A DNA stretch of 54,261 bases, from contig JALOSW010000001.1 in NCBI GenBank assembly GCA_025458245.1, positions 1-54,261 of the forward strand, in the 5' to 3' direction. Position 1 is the first letter of the stretch, and each line of letters starts with the position of its first letter. Shown here piece by piece: positions 1 to 13,590 of the stretch. Both the position numbers and the translations under genes were made by a program. The stretch comes from Burkholderiales bacterium (GTDB taxonomy: Bacteria > Pseudomonadota > Gammaproteobacteria > Burkholderiales > SG8-39). The notes beneath the pieces were generated by a model. The model had not been told where the DNA came from. It was given only the letters and a program-made list of their open reading frames with translations, and made no database searches.

Positions 1-341
1 GGGGCCGAGCTGCGACGCGCGACCTGATCCGCTCGCGCATCAAGGTGAAGTCGCTCAATTTCATGCGCGGCCGCACGTTCATCAACAAGTTCCTGATCAT
101 CGACGAGGCGCAGAACCTGACGCCGAAGCAGATGAAGACGCTGATCACGCGCGCCGGACCGGGCACCAAGGTCGTCTGCCTGGGGAACATCGCGCAGATC
201 GACACGCCCTATCTCACGGAGGGCAGCTCCGGGCTCACCTACGTCGTCGACCGCATGAAGGGCTGGACCCACTCGGGGCACATCACGCTGCAGCGCGGCG
301 AGCGCTCGCGGCTCGCCGACCACGCCGCAGAGGTGCTCTGA
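1..341 (+). CDS. PhoH-like ATPase, C-terminal part (5' end lies outside the window)
   Basis: The frame is open from the window edge. The tail FLIIDEAQNLTP...GTKVVCLGNIAQIDTPYL...GERSRLA resembles the Walker-B/C-terminal region of PhoH/YlaK-type ATPases. The track start at 45 is an internal GTG. Confidence 0.8.
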   Translation, partial: GRAATRDLIRSRIKVKSLNFMRGRTFINKFLIIDEAQNLTPKQMKTLITRAGPGTKVVCLGNIAQIDTPYLTEGSSGLTYVVDRMKGWTHSGHITLQRGERSRLADHAAEVL

Positions 342-365
342 GGCCTGCGCGCGCCGCGCGCGCGA

Positions 366-1754
366 TCAGAACCGCGCCGCCGAGGCGTAGTTCTCGAAGC
401 GCGTGTGCTGGCCGAGGAACGTGAGGCTCACGGTCCCGATCGGGCCGTTCCGCTGCTTGCCGATGATGATTTCCGCCTTGCCCTTGTCGGCGGAGTCCGG
501 GTTGTACACCTCGTCCCGGTAGATGAAGAGGATCACGTCGGCGTCCTGCTCGATCGCGCCCGACTCGCGCAGGTCCGACATGACCGGCCGCTTGTTCGGC
601 CGCTGCTCGAGCGATCGGTTGAGCTGCGAGAGCGCGATGACCGGCACGTGCAGCTCCTTGGCGAGCGCCTTGAGCGACCGTGAGATCTCCGAGATCTCGG
701 TGGCGCGGTTCTCGCCCGCGCTCGATGCCGACATCAGCTGCAGATAGTCGACGACGATCAGCCCGAGCTTGCCGTACTGGCGGTGCAGCCGCCGCGCCCG
801 AGCGCGCAGCTCCAGCGCGTTGAGGGCCGGCGTCTCGTCGATATGGATGGGCGCGTCGTGGAGTTTCTCGACCGCGTTGGTGAGGCGGTTCCAGTCGTCG
901 TCCGTGAGCCGCGCGGTGCGCAGCTTGTGCTGGTCGAGCCGGCCGATCGAGCCGAGCAAACGCGTCGCGAGCTGCGCTCCCGACATCTCCATGCTGAACA
1001 CCGCCACGGGAAGGCGGTTCTCCACGGCGACGTGCTCGGCCATGTTGAGCGCGAACGCGGTCTTGCCCATGCTCGGCCGTCCGGCGACCACGATCAGGTC
1101 GCCTTCCTGCAGCCCCGAGGTCATCTCGTCGAGGTCGTGAAAGCCGGTCGGCACGCCCGTGACGTCGGACGGGTTGTCTCGGTGGTAAAGGGTGTCGATC
1201 CGCTCCATCACCTGGGCGAGGAGCGGCTGGATCGCGATGAAACCCTGCTTGCCGCGCGCGCCCGCCTCGGCGATCTCGAACACCCTCGACTCCGCCTCGT
1301 CGAGAAGCTGGCCGACGTCCTTGCCCGCCGGACTGAAAGCGCTGTCCGCGATCTCGTTGCCGACCGCCACCAGCCTGCGCATGATCGCGCGCTCGCGCAC
1401 GATCTCGGCATAGCGCTTGATGTTGTGCGCGGAGGGCGTGTTCTGCGCGAGCGAGCCGAGATACGCGATGCCGCCCGCCTTGTCCTTGTCTTCGCTCCCG
1501 TCGATCGCCTCCGCGACGGTCACGACGTCCGCCGGTTTGGCGGCGTCGATCAGGCGCCCGATGTGCTTGTAGATGCGCCGGTGATCGTCGCGGTAGAAGT
1601 CGTCCGCGGCCACGACGTCGGCGATCCGCTCCCACGCGCCGTTGTCGAGGAGCAGGCCGCCGAGCACCGACTGCTCGGCCTCGATCGAGTGCGGCGGCAC
1701 GCGCAGCGAGACGAGCTGTGCGTCCGCGTTGGCTTGTGCGAGCGGCTGCGCCAT
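366..1754 (-). CDS. dnaB: Replicative DNA helicase DnaB
   Basis: 462 aa. Has the N-terminal SIEAEQSVLGGLL motif, Walker A GRPSMGKTAF and the RecA-like C-terminal domain. Normal length, no intein. Confidence 0.95.
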   Translation of the reverse strand: MAQPLAQANADAQLVSLRVPPHSIEAEQSVLGGLLLDNGAWERIADVVAADDFYRDDHRRIYKHIGRLIDAAKPADVVTVAEAIDGSEDKDKAGGIAYLGSLAQNTPSAHNIKRYAEIVRERAIMRRLVAVGNEIADSAFSPAGKDVGQLLDEAESRVFEIAEAGARGKQGFIAIQPLLAQVMERIDTLYHRDNPSDVTGVPTGFHDLDEMTSGLQEGDLIVVAGRPSMGKTAFALNMAEHVAVENRLPVAVFSMEMSGAQLATRLLGSIGRLDQHKLRTARLTDDDWNRLTNAVEKLHDAPIHIDETPALNALELRARARRLHRQYGKLGLIVVDYLQLMSASSAGENRATEISEISRSLKALAKELHVPVIALSQLNRSLEQRPNKRPVMSDLRESGAIEQDADVILFIYRDEVYNPDSADKGKAEIIIGKQRNGPIGTVSLTFLGQHTRFENYASAARF

Positions 1755-1889
1755 GAGGAAACGCCGGAAGGGAACGTTGAAATTCTACACCCGCACCTTC
1801 GCCGGGTCCGCGGCGCGCACAGCCCGCTGCGGGCGCGCCAACGGGGTCGGCAGTCCATGACGCGACCGTCGCTTCGCCTTCCCCAAAAC

Positions 1890-1915
1890 GCGAGGGGCGC
1901 CGCAGCGCCCCTCGC
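1890..1915 (-). terminator. Hairpin plus short U-run downstream of rplI
   Basis: Minus strand reads GCGAGGGGCGC-TGCG-GCGCCCCTCGC followed by GTTTTGGGG, about 25 nt after the rplI stop. Confidence 0.5.
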
Positions 1916-1939
1916 GATCCATCGGGGAACCGGCAGCGC

Positions 1940-2389
1940 TTACTGCTCGCCGACGACCGCCACCGTGACGTGCGCGAGCACGTCCGAATGAAGCGCCACG
2001 TCGATGTGGTATTCGCCCGCCGACTTCAGCGGGCCCTGCGGCAGGCGGATCATCGCACGCTCCACCTCGTGACCGGCGGCCTGCAGGGCTTCCGCGATGT
2101 CGATCGTCGTGACCGAGCCGAACAGGCGGCCGTCGACGCCCGCCTTGCGCGTCACCTGGACCGTGGCGCCCTCGAGCTTCGCGGCACGCGCCTGAGCCGC
2201 GCCGAGCGCGTCGGCCTGCGCCTTCTCCAGATCCGCGCGGCGCTTCTCGAACTCGGCGAGATTCTCGGGCGTGGCGCGCTTCGCTTTGCCCTGCGGGATG
2301 AGGAAATTGCGCGCGTAGCCGTCCTTGACCTTCACGACGTCGCCCAGACCGCCGAGGTTCACGACCCGCTCCATCAGAATCACTTGCAT
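1940..2389 (-). CDS. rplI: 50S ribosomal protein L9
   Basis: 149 aa, [32 protein letters not shown]. Last gene of the S6-PriB-S18-L9 operon order. Confidence 0.95.
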   Translation of the reverse strand: MQVILMERVVNLGGLGDVVKVKDGYARNFLIPQGKAKRATPENLAEFEKRRADLEKAQADALGAAQARAAKLEGATVQVTRKAGVDGRLFGSVTTIDIAEALQAAGHEVERAMIRLPQGPLKSAGEYHIDVALHSDVLAHVTVAVVGEQ

Positions 2390-2400
2390 GGCGCCGCTCC

Positions 2401-2697
2401 TCAGTGCCGGTCGGTGTAGGGCATCAGGGCGAGGTAGCGCGCGCGCTCGATCGCGGTCGAGAGCTGGCGCTGATACTTCGCCTTGGTGCCGGTGATGCGC
2501 GCCGGGATGATCTTCCCGTTCTCGCTGATGAAGTCCTTGAGGACGTCGAGATCCTTGTAGTCGATCCAGGTCACCTTCTCCGCGGTGAACCGGCAGAACT
2601 TGCGGCGCTTGAACAGGCCGCGCGGACCGCCGCCGCGGCCGCCCTTCTGGCCCTTCTTCATGCCCGCCTTGGGCTTGCCCCTACCGAATGTAGCCAT
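2401..2697 (-). CDS. rpsR: 30S ribosomal protein S18
   Basis: [40 protein letters not shown] place the start at the ATG at 2697, preceded by GAAGGAG plus a 7-nt spacer. The track start at 2703 is a TTG. Confidence 0.9.
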   Translation of the reverse strand: MATFGRGKPKAGMKKGQKGGRGGGPRGLFKRRKFCRFTAEKVTWIDYKDLDVLKDFISENGKIIPARITGTKAKYQRQLSTAIERARYLALMPYTDRH

Positions 2698-2709
2698 TGC
2701 CAAACTCCT

Positions 2710-3009
2710 TCAGACGAATTCGAACGATGTCACGTGAAGAACCAGCTGCCGGCTCGACCGGCCGCGCGGCGCCAGGAATCCCTCGAGCTGCACCTTCGCG
2801 CCGAGTGGCGCTGCAGCGAGCAGCCGCGCCTCCCGTTCCGTCGCGACGCAGGCGACTTCGAGCCGCACCTGCCGCTTCGTGCCCGCCTCGACCTGCTCCG
2901 ACTCGTGCGCGACGCGAAAGTCGAGGAGCGCGATGCCCGCGGGCGTGTGGCGCAGCGTATCCAGCGCGGTGATGCTTCCGGCGATGGCGAACTGGTTCGT
3001 GCCGGCCAA
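2710..3009 (-). CDS. priB: Primosomal replication protein N (PriB), OB fold
   Basis: 99 aa lying between rpsF and rpsR. LRHTPAGIALLDF...LEGFLA is PriB-like. The only in-frame start is a TTG at 3009, so the start is uncertain. Confidence 0.75.
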   Translation of the reverse strand: MAGTNQFAIAGSITALDTLRHTPAGIALLDFRVAHESEQVEAGTKRQVRLEVACVATEREARLLAAAPLGAKVQLEGFLAPRGRSSRQLVLHVTSFEFV

Positions 3010-3012
3010 GCC

Positions 3013-3399
3013 CTAGTTGCCCGCCGGCGCTTCGACGGCTTTCGCCGCACCTTCGGCAGGCGCGAGCACCGACCTCGCCTTCTCTTCCTTCATCATCGGC
3101 GAAGGCGTGGTGACCGCGCCTTTCATTTTCACGACGAGGTGCCGCAGCACCGCATCGTTGAACTTGAACGCGTGCTCGAGCTCGTCGAGCGCCTCCTGGT
3201 CGGTCTCGATGTTCATGAGCACGTAGTGCGCCTTGTGAACCTTCTCGATCGGGTAGGCGAGCTGGCGGCGGCCCCAGTCCTCGAGACGATGGATCTTGCC
3301 GCCGCGCGCGCCGACGATGCCGCGGTAGCGCTCGATCATCGCCGGGACCTGTTCGCTCTGGTCCGGATGGACGATGAAAACCACTTCGTAATGCCGCAT
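3013..3399 (-). CDS. rpsF: 30S ribosomal protein S6
   Basis: [25 protein letters not shown]. The RBS is AAGGAGA. Confidence 0.95.
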   Translation of the reverse strand: MRHYEVVFIVHPDQSEQVPAMIERYRGIVGARGGKIHRLEDWGRRQLAYPIEKVHKAHYVLMNIETDQEALDELEHAFKFNDAVLRHLVVKMKGAVTTPSPMMKEEKARSVLAPAEGAAKAVEAPAGN

Positions 3400-3533
3400 G
3401 GGGTCTCCTTGTGGGAAAAGCCTCCCGACATGCGCGATCGGTGAGGCAAGGGAAGCGGCGCGATGCGCCGCATGAAACGCTCGGCCCCGGGGACCGCGCG
3501 GGCTTCACGCCGAGGGGGCGTGAAAAGCCTTGA

Positions 3534-3563
3534 ATTATACCGGGATTCGGGAGAGCGCCGCAA
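3534..3563 (-). promoter_or_regulatory. Putative sigma-70 promoter of the rpsF operon
   Basis: Minus strand reads TTGCGG, an 18-nt spacer, then TATAAT, about 135 nt upstream of the rpsF ATG. This would leave a long leader. Confidence 0.4.
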
Positions 3564-3572
3564 CGAGCGGCG

Positions 3573-4312
3573 TCAGCCGGCCGCGGCCCGCCGCCGGCGC
3601 GACTCGTACACGCACAGGCCCGCGGCGACCGAGACGTTGAGGCTCTCCACGGCGCCGTACATCGGGATGCGCACGAGGAGGTCGCAGGTGTCCCGGGTCA
3701 GGCGGCGCATCCCCTCCCCCTCGGAGCCCATGACCCAGGCGACGGCGGGGGGAAGATCGGCGTGGTAGAGGTCCTGCGGCGCCGCATCGTCCGTCCCGAC
3801 CACCCAGATGCTCCGCTCCTTGAGTTCGTTCAGGGTGCGCGCGAGGTTCGTGACCGGAAAGAACGGGACCGTATCGGCGGCGCCTGAGGCGACCTTCATG
3901 ACGGTCGCGCTCAGGCCCGCCGAGCGATCCTTCGGCGCCACCACCGCGTGCACGCCGGCTGCGTCGGCGACGCGCAGACACGCGCCCAGGTTATGCGGAT
4001 CGGTCACGCCGTCCAGGACGAGCAGGAGCGGCGGCTCCTGCAGCGCATCGAGCAGATCGTCGAGGCTCGTCTTTGCCTGCGCAGGGACAACGCGCGCGAC
4101 CACGCCCTGGTGCCGCCCGCCACCGTAGAAACCATCGAGGCGCTTCGCCGGCACGCGATGCAACGCTACGCCCGCGCGGCCGGCCGCCGTCACGACATCG
4201 CGCGCCCGCGCGTCCTGGCGCGACTCGTCCAGAAAGATCTCGACGACGGACGCCGGCTGGGCCCGCAGCCGCGCGAGCACCGCATGGAATCCGAAAATCG
4301 CCCGGGCTTCCT

Positions 4313-4316
<4 letters not shown>
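3573..4316 (-). CDS. rlmB: 23S rRNA 2'-O-ribose methyltransferase RlmB (SpoU/TrmH family)
   Basis: 247 aa counted back from the stop. Motifs: [36 protein letters not shown]. The GTG start at 4316 overlaps the rnr stop (GTGA). The 617-aa track ORF is an artefactual extension. Confidence 0.9.
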
Positions 4317-6477
<2,161 letters not shown>

Positions 6478-6478
<1 letters not shown>

Positions 6479-6507
6479 TGCGCCGCTCGCCCGCGATCGG
6501 TTAGAAT
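6478..6507 (+). promoter_or_regulatory. Putative promoter of tRNA-Leu
   Basis: TTGCGC, an 18-nt spacer, then TAGAAT, ending 13 nt before the mature tRNA 5' end. Confidence 0.4.
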
Positions 6508-6520
6508 CGCGCTCCCTCGT

Positions 6521-6607
6521 GCCGAGATGGCGGAATTGGTAGACGCACTAGGTTCAGGTCCTAGCGCCCGCGAGGGTGTGGAGGTTCGAGTCCTCTTCTC
6601 GGCACCA
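6521..6607 (+). tRNA. tRNA-Leu (anticodon CAG), class II with long variable arm and encoded CCA
   Basis: GCCGAGATGGCGGAATTGGTAGACGC...CTAGG-TTCAGGT-CCTAG...GGTTCGAGTCC...CTCGGCACCA. The cloverleaf was folded by eye. Confidence 0.9.
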
Positions 6608-6623
6608 GCCCGGCTTCCGGGCT
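6607..6623. terminator. Hairpin between the convergent tRNA-Leu and PRTase genes
   Basis: AGCCCGG-CTT-CCGGGCT followed by a T/C-rich tract. Confidence 0.4.
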
Positions 6624-6652
6624 GAATTGTTCTCTCTTCCAAGCTTCTCTCT

Positions 6653-7159
6653 CTAGCGCCCCCGTCCGACGAGGTCGGAGGGCGTCATCAGATCGTACGG
6701 CTCGAACGGCTGGTGGATCCAGGGGTTCTCAGCCAGGTAGTCGACGTAGTAGTCCGGAGCGAACTTCGAGCACGCCTTGTACCAGAGCACCGCGGTGCGC
6801 ACCTCGCGCACCTCGGGAAAGCGCTCGAGCAGGTGCCGCTTCACCACGTCGAGCGTGATTCCCGAGTCGACCAGGTCGTCGACGAGCAGGATGCGCTCGC
6901 CGAGCGCCGCGGTCGTCATGGTCATGTGCTTCGCGACCGTGAGCTCGCCGCGCTCCGTGCCCGCCTCACCCGTGTACGACGAGGTCGAGATGATGGCGAG
7001 CGGCGCCTTGAAGATGCGCGACAGCGTGTCGCCGACGCGCAAGCCACCGCGTGCAATGCACACGATCTCGTCGAAGCGCCAGCCCGATTCGGCGACCTTC
7101 GCCGCGAGCCTCTCGATCGAGCGGTGATACGCGTCCCACGTGACGTGCAGGTCGGCCAT
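6653..7159 (-). CDS. Phosphoribosyltransferase family protein (purine PRTase-like)
   Basis: 168 aa counted from MADLHVTW. The PRPP-binding motif is ILLVDDLVDSGITL. The track ORF to 7363 is an extension. Confidence 0.75.
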   Translation of the reverse strand: MADLHVTWDAYHRSIERLAAKVAESGWRFDEIVCIARGGLRVGDTLSRIFKAPLAIISTSSYTGEAGTERGELTVAKHMTMTTAALGERILLVDDLVDSGITLDVVKRHLLERFPEVREVRTAVLWYKACSKFAPDYYVDYLAENPWIHQPFEPYDLMTPSDLVGRGR

Positions 7160-7170
7160 CCTCGGCGCCG

Positions 7171-8484
<1,314 letters not shown>

Positions 8485-9630
8485 CTAGAGCGCCTCCACC
8501 TCCCATTGATCGCCTCGCCGCACGAGCGCCCGATCGCAATCGAGCTCCGCGCGGGTGTCTTCGTGACCGGGCAGCTCGATCACCACCGACTCGCCTGCCT
8601 CGCGCAGCGCGGCGATCTTCGCCGCGAGCGCCGCGTCGTCGCCGTACGGCGCGCGGATGCCGCGTCGACGGGGTACGCGCGGCGCCACGCGGGCGAGTTC
8701 GCGCAGGTCCATGGAAAACCCGGTGGCCGGGCGCGCGCGCCCGAAGGCCTTGCCCACCTCGTCGTAGCGGCCGCCGAGCGCGACGGCACCCGGCGCACCG
8801 TCGGCGTACGCGGCGAACACGACGCCGCTGTGATAGTGATATCCGCGCAGGTCGGCGAGATCGATGCCGATGTCCCCGTCTGCGTCGGCCGCCAGCCGAT
8901 CGAGTTCGTCGAGCGCCTGTCTGAGCTCGGGGTAGGGCGGCAGCTGAGCCCGCGCCCGCGCGATTGCCTCGCGCCCGCCGTAGAGATCGGGCAGCACGGC
9001 GAGCGCGCCCCGCGCCTCGCCCGGCAGGCCCGCCGCAGCGGCCGCGAGCGCCGGCTTGTCCTTCGCCTGCAACGCCGCGAGGATGTCTTCCTCCAGCACG
9101 CCCGCGACGCCCGCGCGCCGAGCGATGGTGCGGAAGACGCCGACATGTCCCACATCGAAGCGCGCGGCGCCGAGCCCGGAGCGCGCGAGCGCGGCGCGCA
9201 GCAGCCGCTGGATCTCGATATCGCTTTCGATGCCGGCGTGGCCGTAGAGCTCGGCGCCGATCTGCAGCGGCTCGCGCGTCGAGGTCAATCCGCGCGGACG
9301 CGTGTGCACCACCGTGCCGCAGTAGCAGAGCCGCGCCACGCCCCGCCGGTTGAGCAGGTGCGCGTCGATGCGCGACACCTGCGGCGTCATGTCTGCACGC
9401 AGCCCCATCGTGCGCCCGGACAGCTGGTCGATCAGCTTGAACGTGCGCAGGTCGAGGTCGTGCCCGGTTCCGGTGAGCAACGAGTCGATGTACTCGAGCA
9501 TCGGCGGAACCACGAGGGCGTAACCCCAGCTCGCGAACAGGTCGAGGAGCTCGCGGCGCAGGCGCTCGATCGCCTGGGCCTCGGCGGGCAAGATGTCCTC
9601 GACATACTCCGGAAGGAGCCAGGCGCGCAT
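8485..9630 (-). CDS. hisZ: ATP phosphoribosyltransferase regulatory subunit HisZ
   Basis: 381 aa from [15 protein letters not shown]. HisS-like fold without an anticodon-binding domain, in the conserved hisZ-purA pairing. The start was verified by residue counting. Confidence 0.85.
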   Translation of the reverse strand: MRAWLLPEYVEDILPAEAQAIERLRRELLDLFASWGYALVVPPMLEYIDSLLTGTGHDLDLRTFKLIDQLSGRTMGLRADMTPQVSRIDAHLLNRRGVARLCYCGTVVHTRPRGLTSTREPLQIGAELYGHAGIESDIEIQRLLRAALARSGLGAARFDVGHVGVFRTIARRAGVAGVLEEDILAALQAKDKPALAAAAAGLPGEARGALAVLPDLYGGREAIARARAQLPPYPELRQALDELDRLAADADGDIGIDLADLRGYHYHSGVVFAAYADGAPGAVALGGRYDEVGKAFGRARPATGFSMDLRELARVAPRVPRRRGIRAPYGDDAALAAKIAALREAGESVVIELPGHEDTRAELDCDRALVRRGDQWEVEAL

Positions 9631-9647
9631 GGCGGCTCGGGGCGCGC

Positions 9648-9833
9648 CTAGCGCGCGAGGGCAAACAGCGCGATGCCGCCCGCCATGGACGCGAGGCCGA
9701 AGAAGCGGATCTGCCCGTCGCTGTACTCGGTGACCCGCCGGAACGCCTCGCGCCACAGGGCCGGGGCGGCGAGCGGCAGCGCGCCTTCCAGGATCAGCAT
9801 CAGCCCGAGCGCCATGAGGAGCGTGCTTCCCAT
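9648..9833 (-). CDS. Small membrane protein (DUF2065/YjeT-like)
   Basis: 61 aa with two hydrophobic helices. Its ATG overlaps the hflC stop (ATGA), the conserved position after hflKC. Confidence 0.6.
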   Translation of the reverse strand: MGSTLLMALGLMLILEGALPLAAPALWREAFRRVTEYSDGQIRFFGLASMAGGIALFALAR

Positions 9834-10723
9834 CACTTCGCGCTTTTCGCGCCGGTCCCGCCGGGGCTCTTGAAGTAGCGGAAGAACTCCGAGTTCGGTT
9901 CGAGAATGAGCGTGTCGCCCTTGCCGCGCATGCTCGAGCGGTAGGCCTCGAGGCTGCGGTAGAAGGAATAGAACTCGGGGTTTTCGCCGAACGCCCTCGC
10001 GTAGACCGCGGCGGCCTTGGCGTCGCCATCGCCCTTGAGGCGCTGCGCGTCGCGGTAGGCCTCCGCGATGATGACTTCGCGCTCGCGGTCGGCTTCGGCG
10101 CGGATCTTCTCGGCCTCGGAGAAGCCCTGCGAGCGCAGCTCGCTCGCGACGGCGCGGCGCTCGGCCTCCATGCGGCGGTAGACCGACTCGCTCACTTCGG
10201 CGGGCAGTTCGACGCGCTTCAGGCGCACGTCGACGATCTCGACGCCGATCTTCTTGGCGTCGTCGGTGACCTTGTCGCGCACCACCTGCATGATCTTGTC
10301 GCGCTCGCCCGAGACCACGTCCTGCACCGTGCGCTTGCCGAATTCCTCGCGCAGCGCCGAGTTGACGGTCTGCTGCAGGCGCGTCTGCGCGCGCGCCTCG
10401 TCGCCCGCGACGCTCACGTAGTACTGCTTGACGTCGCCGATGCGCCATTTCACGAACGAGTCGACGAGCACGTTCTTCTTCTCGGAGGTGATGAAGCGCT
10501 CCGTGTCGGGCGTGTCGAGAGTGTGGATACGCATGTCGAAGTCGCGCACGTTCTGGATGAGCGGGAGCTTCACGTGCAGCCCGGGCTCTTTGACGATGTG
10601 CTTGATTTCGCCCAGCTGGAACACGATCGCGTTCTCGCGCTGGTCGACGGTGAAGAGCGACATCGAGGCGAGCACGATCGCCGCCACGACGGCGCCCAGG
10701 CCGAGTGCGAGGCTGCGGTTCAT
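9833..10723 (-). CDS. hflC: Protease modulator HflC (SPFH/band-7)
   Basis: 296 aa from [14 protein letters not shown] domain. Its ATG overlaps the hflK stop. Confidence 0.9.
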   Translation of the reverse strand: MNRSLALGLGAVVAAIVLASMSLFTVDQRENAIVFQLGEIKHIVKEPGLHVKLPLIQNVRDFDMRIHTLDTPDTERFITSEKKNVLVDSFVKWRIGDVKQYYVSVAGDEARAQTRLQQTVNSALREEFGKRTVQDVVSGERDKIMQVVRDKVTDDAKKIGVEIVDVRLKRVELPAEVSESVYRRMEAERRAVASELRSQGFSEAEKIRAEADREREVIIAEAYRDAQRLKGDGDAKAAAVYARAFGENPEFYSFYRSLEAYRSSMRGKGDTLILEPNSEFFRYFKSPGGTGAKSAK

Positions 10724-11946
10724 CAGCGTGTCTCCCGTTCGCGTCCGCGCAGTGCGTCGCGCGAGCGCGCCGGCGCGTCCGCCGCCGGCGCGGGCTCGGC
10801 CACGGGCCGCGGCGCCGAGGCGGCCTGCGCGTCGACGGTCGCCCCCGTGCCCGCGTTGCCCGACATCTGCATGATCTTGTCGAGCGGCAGGAACAGCATG
10901 TTGTTCGCACCCTTCGCGTCGACGATCACCTTGTTGCTGTTGGCGAGGATCTGCTGCATGGTTTCGAGGTACATGCGATCGCGCGTGACCTGCGGCGCCT
11001 TCGCATACTCCTGCTGGATCTGCTTGAAGCGCGAGGCCTCGCCCTCGGCGTTCGCCACCACGCGCTGCCGGTAGCCTTGCGCCTCTTCGGCGAGCCGCGC
11101 CGCCGTGCCGCGCGCTTTCGGAACGACGTCGTTGAAATACGCCTGCCCTTCGTTCTTCTGGCGCTCGAGGTCCTGCTTCGCCTTCACCGCGTCGTCGAAT
11201 GCGGCCTGCACCTGCTCGGGCGGCTGCGCGTTCTGCATCGTCACCGCGCTGATGGTGATGCCGGTCTTGTAGCGGTCGAGAATCTCCTGCATGAGCTTCT
11301 GCGCCTGGGCGGCAACCTGCTCGCGGCCTTCGTAGAGCACGAAGTCCATCTTGCTCTTGCCGACGATCTCGCGGAAAGCGGTCTCGGCCGCCTGCCGCAC
11401 GGTCTCTTCCGGGCTCCGGTTGTTGAACAGGTAGTCCTCGGGATCTTTCAGGAAGTACTGCACCGCGAACTGGATGTCGACGATGTTCTCGTCGTCGGTC
11501 AGCATCAGCGACTCGCGCAGCACCTTGGTCTTGACGTTGTTGCGGTAGCCCACCTCGATGGTGCGCACCTGGGTGAGGCTGACGATCTCGGCCGTCTGGA
11601 ACGGCCAGGGAAGCCGCCAGTTCAGACCCGGCCCGGTGGTCTTGGAGTACTTGCCGAACGTAAACACGACCGCGCGCTGACTCTCGTCGACGATGTAGAA
11701 GCCGCTCGCGAGCCAGACGACTAGAACCAGGATCGCGGCGAGGCCGAGCCCGCCGCCGATCTGCCGCATTCCGGGCGGCGGCGTTCCGCCTCCGCCTTCC
11801 CGCCCGCCGCCACGGCGGCCGAAAAGATTCCCGAGGCGCTGGTTGAAATTGCGCCACAGTTCGTCGAGGTCGGGCGGCCCCTGGTTGTTCCCGCCGCCTC
11901 CGCCGCCGCCGCCACGGCGGCCCCACTGCGGGTCGTTAAGTGACAT
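10723..11946 (-). CDS. hflK: Protease modulator HflK (SPFH/band-7)
   Basis: 407 aa from MSLNDPQWG. Gly-rich N-terminus, one TM segment, then an SPFH domain. The start was verified by counting and overlaps the hflX 3' end by 11 nt. Confidence 0.9.
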   Translation of the reverse strand: MSLNDPQWGRRGGGGGGGGNNQGPPDLDELWRNFNQRLGNLFGRRGGGREGGGGTPPPGMRQIGGGLGLAAILVLVVWLASGFYIVDESQRAVVFTFGKYSKTTGPGLNWRLPWPFQTAEIVSLTQVRTIEVGYRNNVKTKVLRESLMLTDDENIVDIQFAVQYFLKDPEDYLFNNRSPEETVRQAAETAFREIVGKSKMDFVLYEGREQVAAQAQKLMQEILDRYKTGITISAVTMQNAQPPEQVQAAFDDAVKAKQDLERQKNEGQAYFNDVVPKARGTAARLAEEAQGYRQRVVANAEGEASRFKQIQQEYAKAPQVTRDRMYLETMQQILANSNKVIVDAKGANNMLFLPLDKIMQMSGNAGTGATVDAQAASAPRPVAEPAPAADAPARSRDALRGRERETR

Positions 11947-13108
11947 ACGCGTTCCTGGCTGATTCGCCGTGGATGGTGTCTGGGTCGGGTTGGGCCGCGC
12001 TGGCACGGGAGGCTGCTGCCTCCGTGAGCGCCGCCCGAAGGAGATCGAGGCCGGCGCCCGTCTTGGCACTCAGACGGACCCGCGAAATGTTACCACACTC
12101 GTGTCGGTCGACGCCCGGTTCGAGCCCCACGAGGTCGATCTTGTTCCATACGAGAATCTGCGGAATCGCGTCTGCCCCGATCTCGGCGAGGACCTTGTTC
12201 ACCTCGGCGATCTGCTGGTCCCGCACACTCGACGAGGTGTCGACCACGTGAAGCAGCAGATCCGCGTGGATGGTCTCCTCGAGCGTGGCGCGAAACGCTT
12301 CGACGAGGGTGTGCGGCAACTCGCGGATGAAGCCGACCGTGTCCGAAACCGTCAGCCCCCCTGCGCCGGGCAGGTATACGCGGCGCGTCGTGGTGTCCAG
12401 GGTCGCGAAGAGCTGGTTCGCCGCATAGGCGCTCGCGTGCGTCAGCGCGTTGAAAAGCGTCGACTTGCCGGCGTTCGTGTACCCGACGAGCGAGACGGCC
12501 ATCACGTCGCCGCGCGCGCGCGCGCGGCGCTGCACGTCGCGCTGGCGCCGCAGTTTCGCGAGCCGGTCCTTCAGGAGCTTCACCCGCTTGCCGAGAAGAC
12601 GCCGGTCGGTTTCGAGCTGCGTCTCGCCCGGGCCGCGCAATCCAATCCCGCCCTTCTGCCGCTCGAGGTGGGTCCAGCCGCGCACGAGCCGGGTCGCGAG
12701 GTGCTCGAGCTGCGCGAGCTCCACCTGCACCTTGCCTTCATGGCTTTTCGCGCGCTGCGCGAAGATGTCGAGGATCAGCGCCGTCCGGTCGACTACCCGT
12801 GCGCCCAGTTCGCGCTCCAGGTTGCGCTCCTGCGCCGGCGAAAGCTCGTGGTTGAAGAGAGCCAGCCCCGCGCCGGCATCGACCAGCGCGGCCCTCACCT
12901 CGTCGACCTTCCCGCGCCCCGCGAACAGCGCCGGATCGGGCCGCGCGCGCTTGCCCTTCACGATGCCGCGGACATCGAGCCCGGCGCTCTTCGCAAGGAA
13001 GGCGAGTTCGTCGAGGCTCTCCGCATAGCCCGGCGCTCCGAAGTCGAGCGCTACCAGCACCGCGGCGCCTGCCGCCGCCGGCCGATCGAACATCCCGGAG
13101 GAATCCAC
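11936..13108 (-). CDS. hflX: GTPase HflX
   Basis: GYTNAGKSTLFNALT, DTVGFI, NKIDL. The track start at 13108 is a GTG. An ATG at 13093 (MFDRP) is an alternative start. Confidence 0.92.
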   Translation of the reverse strand: MDSSGMFDRPAAAGAAVLVALDFGAPGYAESLDELAFLAKSAGLDVRGIVKGKRARPDPALFAGRGKVDEVRAALVDAGAGLALFNHELSPAQERNLERELGARVVDRTALILDIFAQRAKSHEGKVQVELAQLEHLATRLVRGWTHLERQKGGIGLRGPGETQLETDRRLLGKRVKLLKDRLAKLRRQRDVQRRARARGDVMAVSLVGYTNAGKSTLFNALTHASAYAANQLFATLDTTTRRVYLPGAGGLTVSDTVGFIRELPHTLVEAFRATLEETIHADLLLHVVDTSSSVRDQQIAEVNKVLAEIGADAIPQILVWNKIDLVGLEPGVDRHECGNISRVRLSAKTGAGLDLLRAALTEAAASRASAAQPDPDTIHGESARNAYVT

Positions 13109-13121
13109 TCCCCTGCGCGGG

Positions 13122-13364
13122 TCAGCCGCCTTCGCCGCCCTGCTCCAGGTTGAGGTGCACGGGGCGCGACGGCACCACGGTCGAGATCGCGTGCTTGTAG
13201 ACCATCTGCGTGACGGTGTTCTTGAGCAGCACCACGTACTGGTCGAACGACTCGATCTGCCCCTGGAGCTTGATGCCGTTCACGAGGTAGATCGAAACGG
13301 GGATGTGTTCCTTGCGCAGCGTATTGAGAAACGGGTCTTGTAGCAGCTGCCCTTTATTGCTCAT
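13122..13364 (-). CDS. hfq: RNA chaperone Hfq
   Basis: 80 aa, [47 protein letters not shown]. Confidence 0.97.
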   Translation of the reverse strand: MSNKGQLLQDPFLNTLRKEHIPVSIYLVNGIKLQGQIESFDQYVVLLKNTVTQMVYKHAISTVVPSRPVHLNLEQGGEGG

Positions 13365-13590
13365 GTTGGCTCCGGTGCGTTGTGTTCTTGAGCGGATACT
13401 GTAATTCATTTGCCGAAACTCTGTCATCGCTCCTTCGGCCTACGTGCGCGCTGTGGCCGTGCCGCACGAGCGTTAGACAGGCGGTCGAGAACCGGTTCCC
13501 TTCCGCGCCGTCGGCGGCCTTCGCGAGAGCGCCGTCTCCGACGCCGGAATCGGGAGTCCGCAGGGCGTAACGTCGGCTTCGAACGGCCGG

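Noticed and set aside
8485-10029. N-terminal extensions of many track ORFs (hisZ, hflK, bamB, hisS, rodZ, pilW, paaC/D/E, the binding protein, the ligase and the MazG-like gene).
   Set aside because: The extensions are Arg/Pro-rich and overlap the upstream gene. Internal ATG or GTG starts give family-typical N-termini, sensible RBSs or 4-nt overlaps. The internal starts were verified by residue counting.
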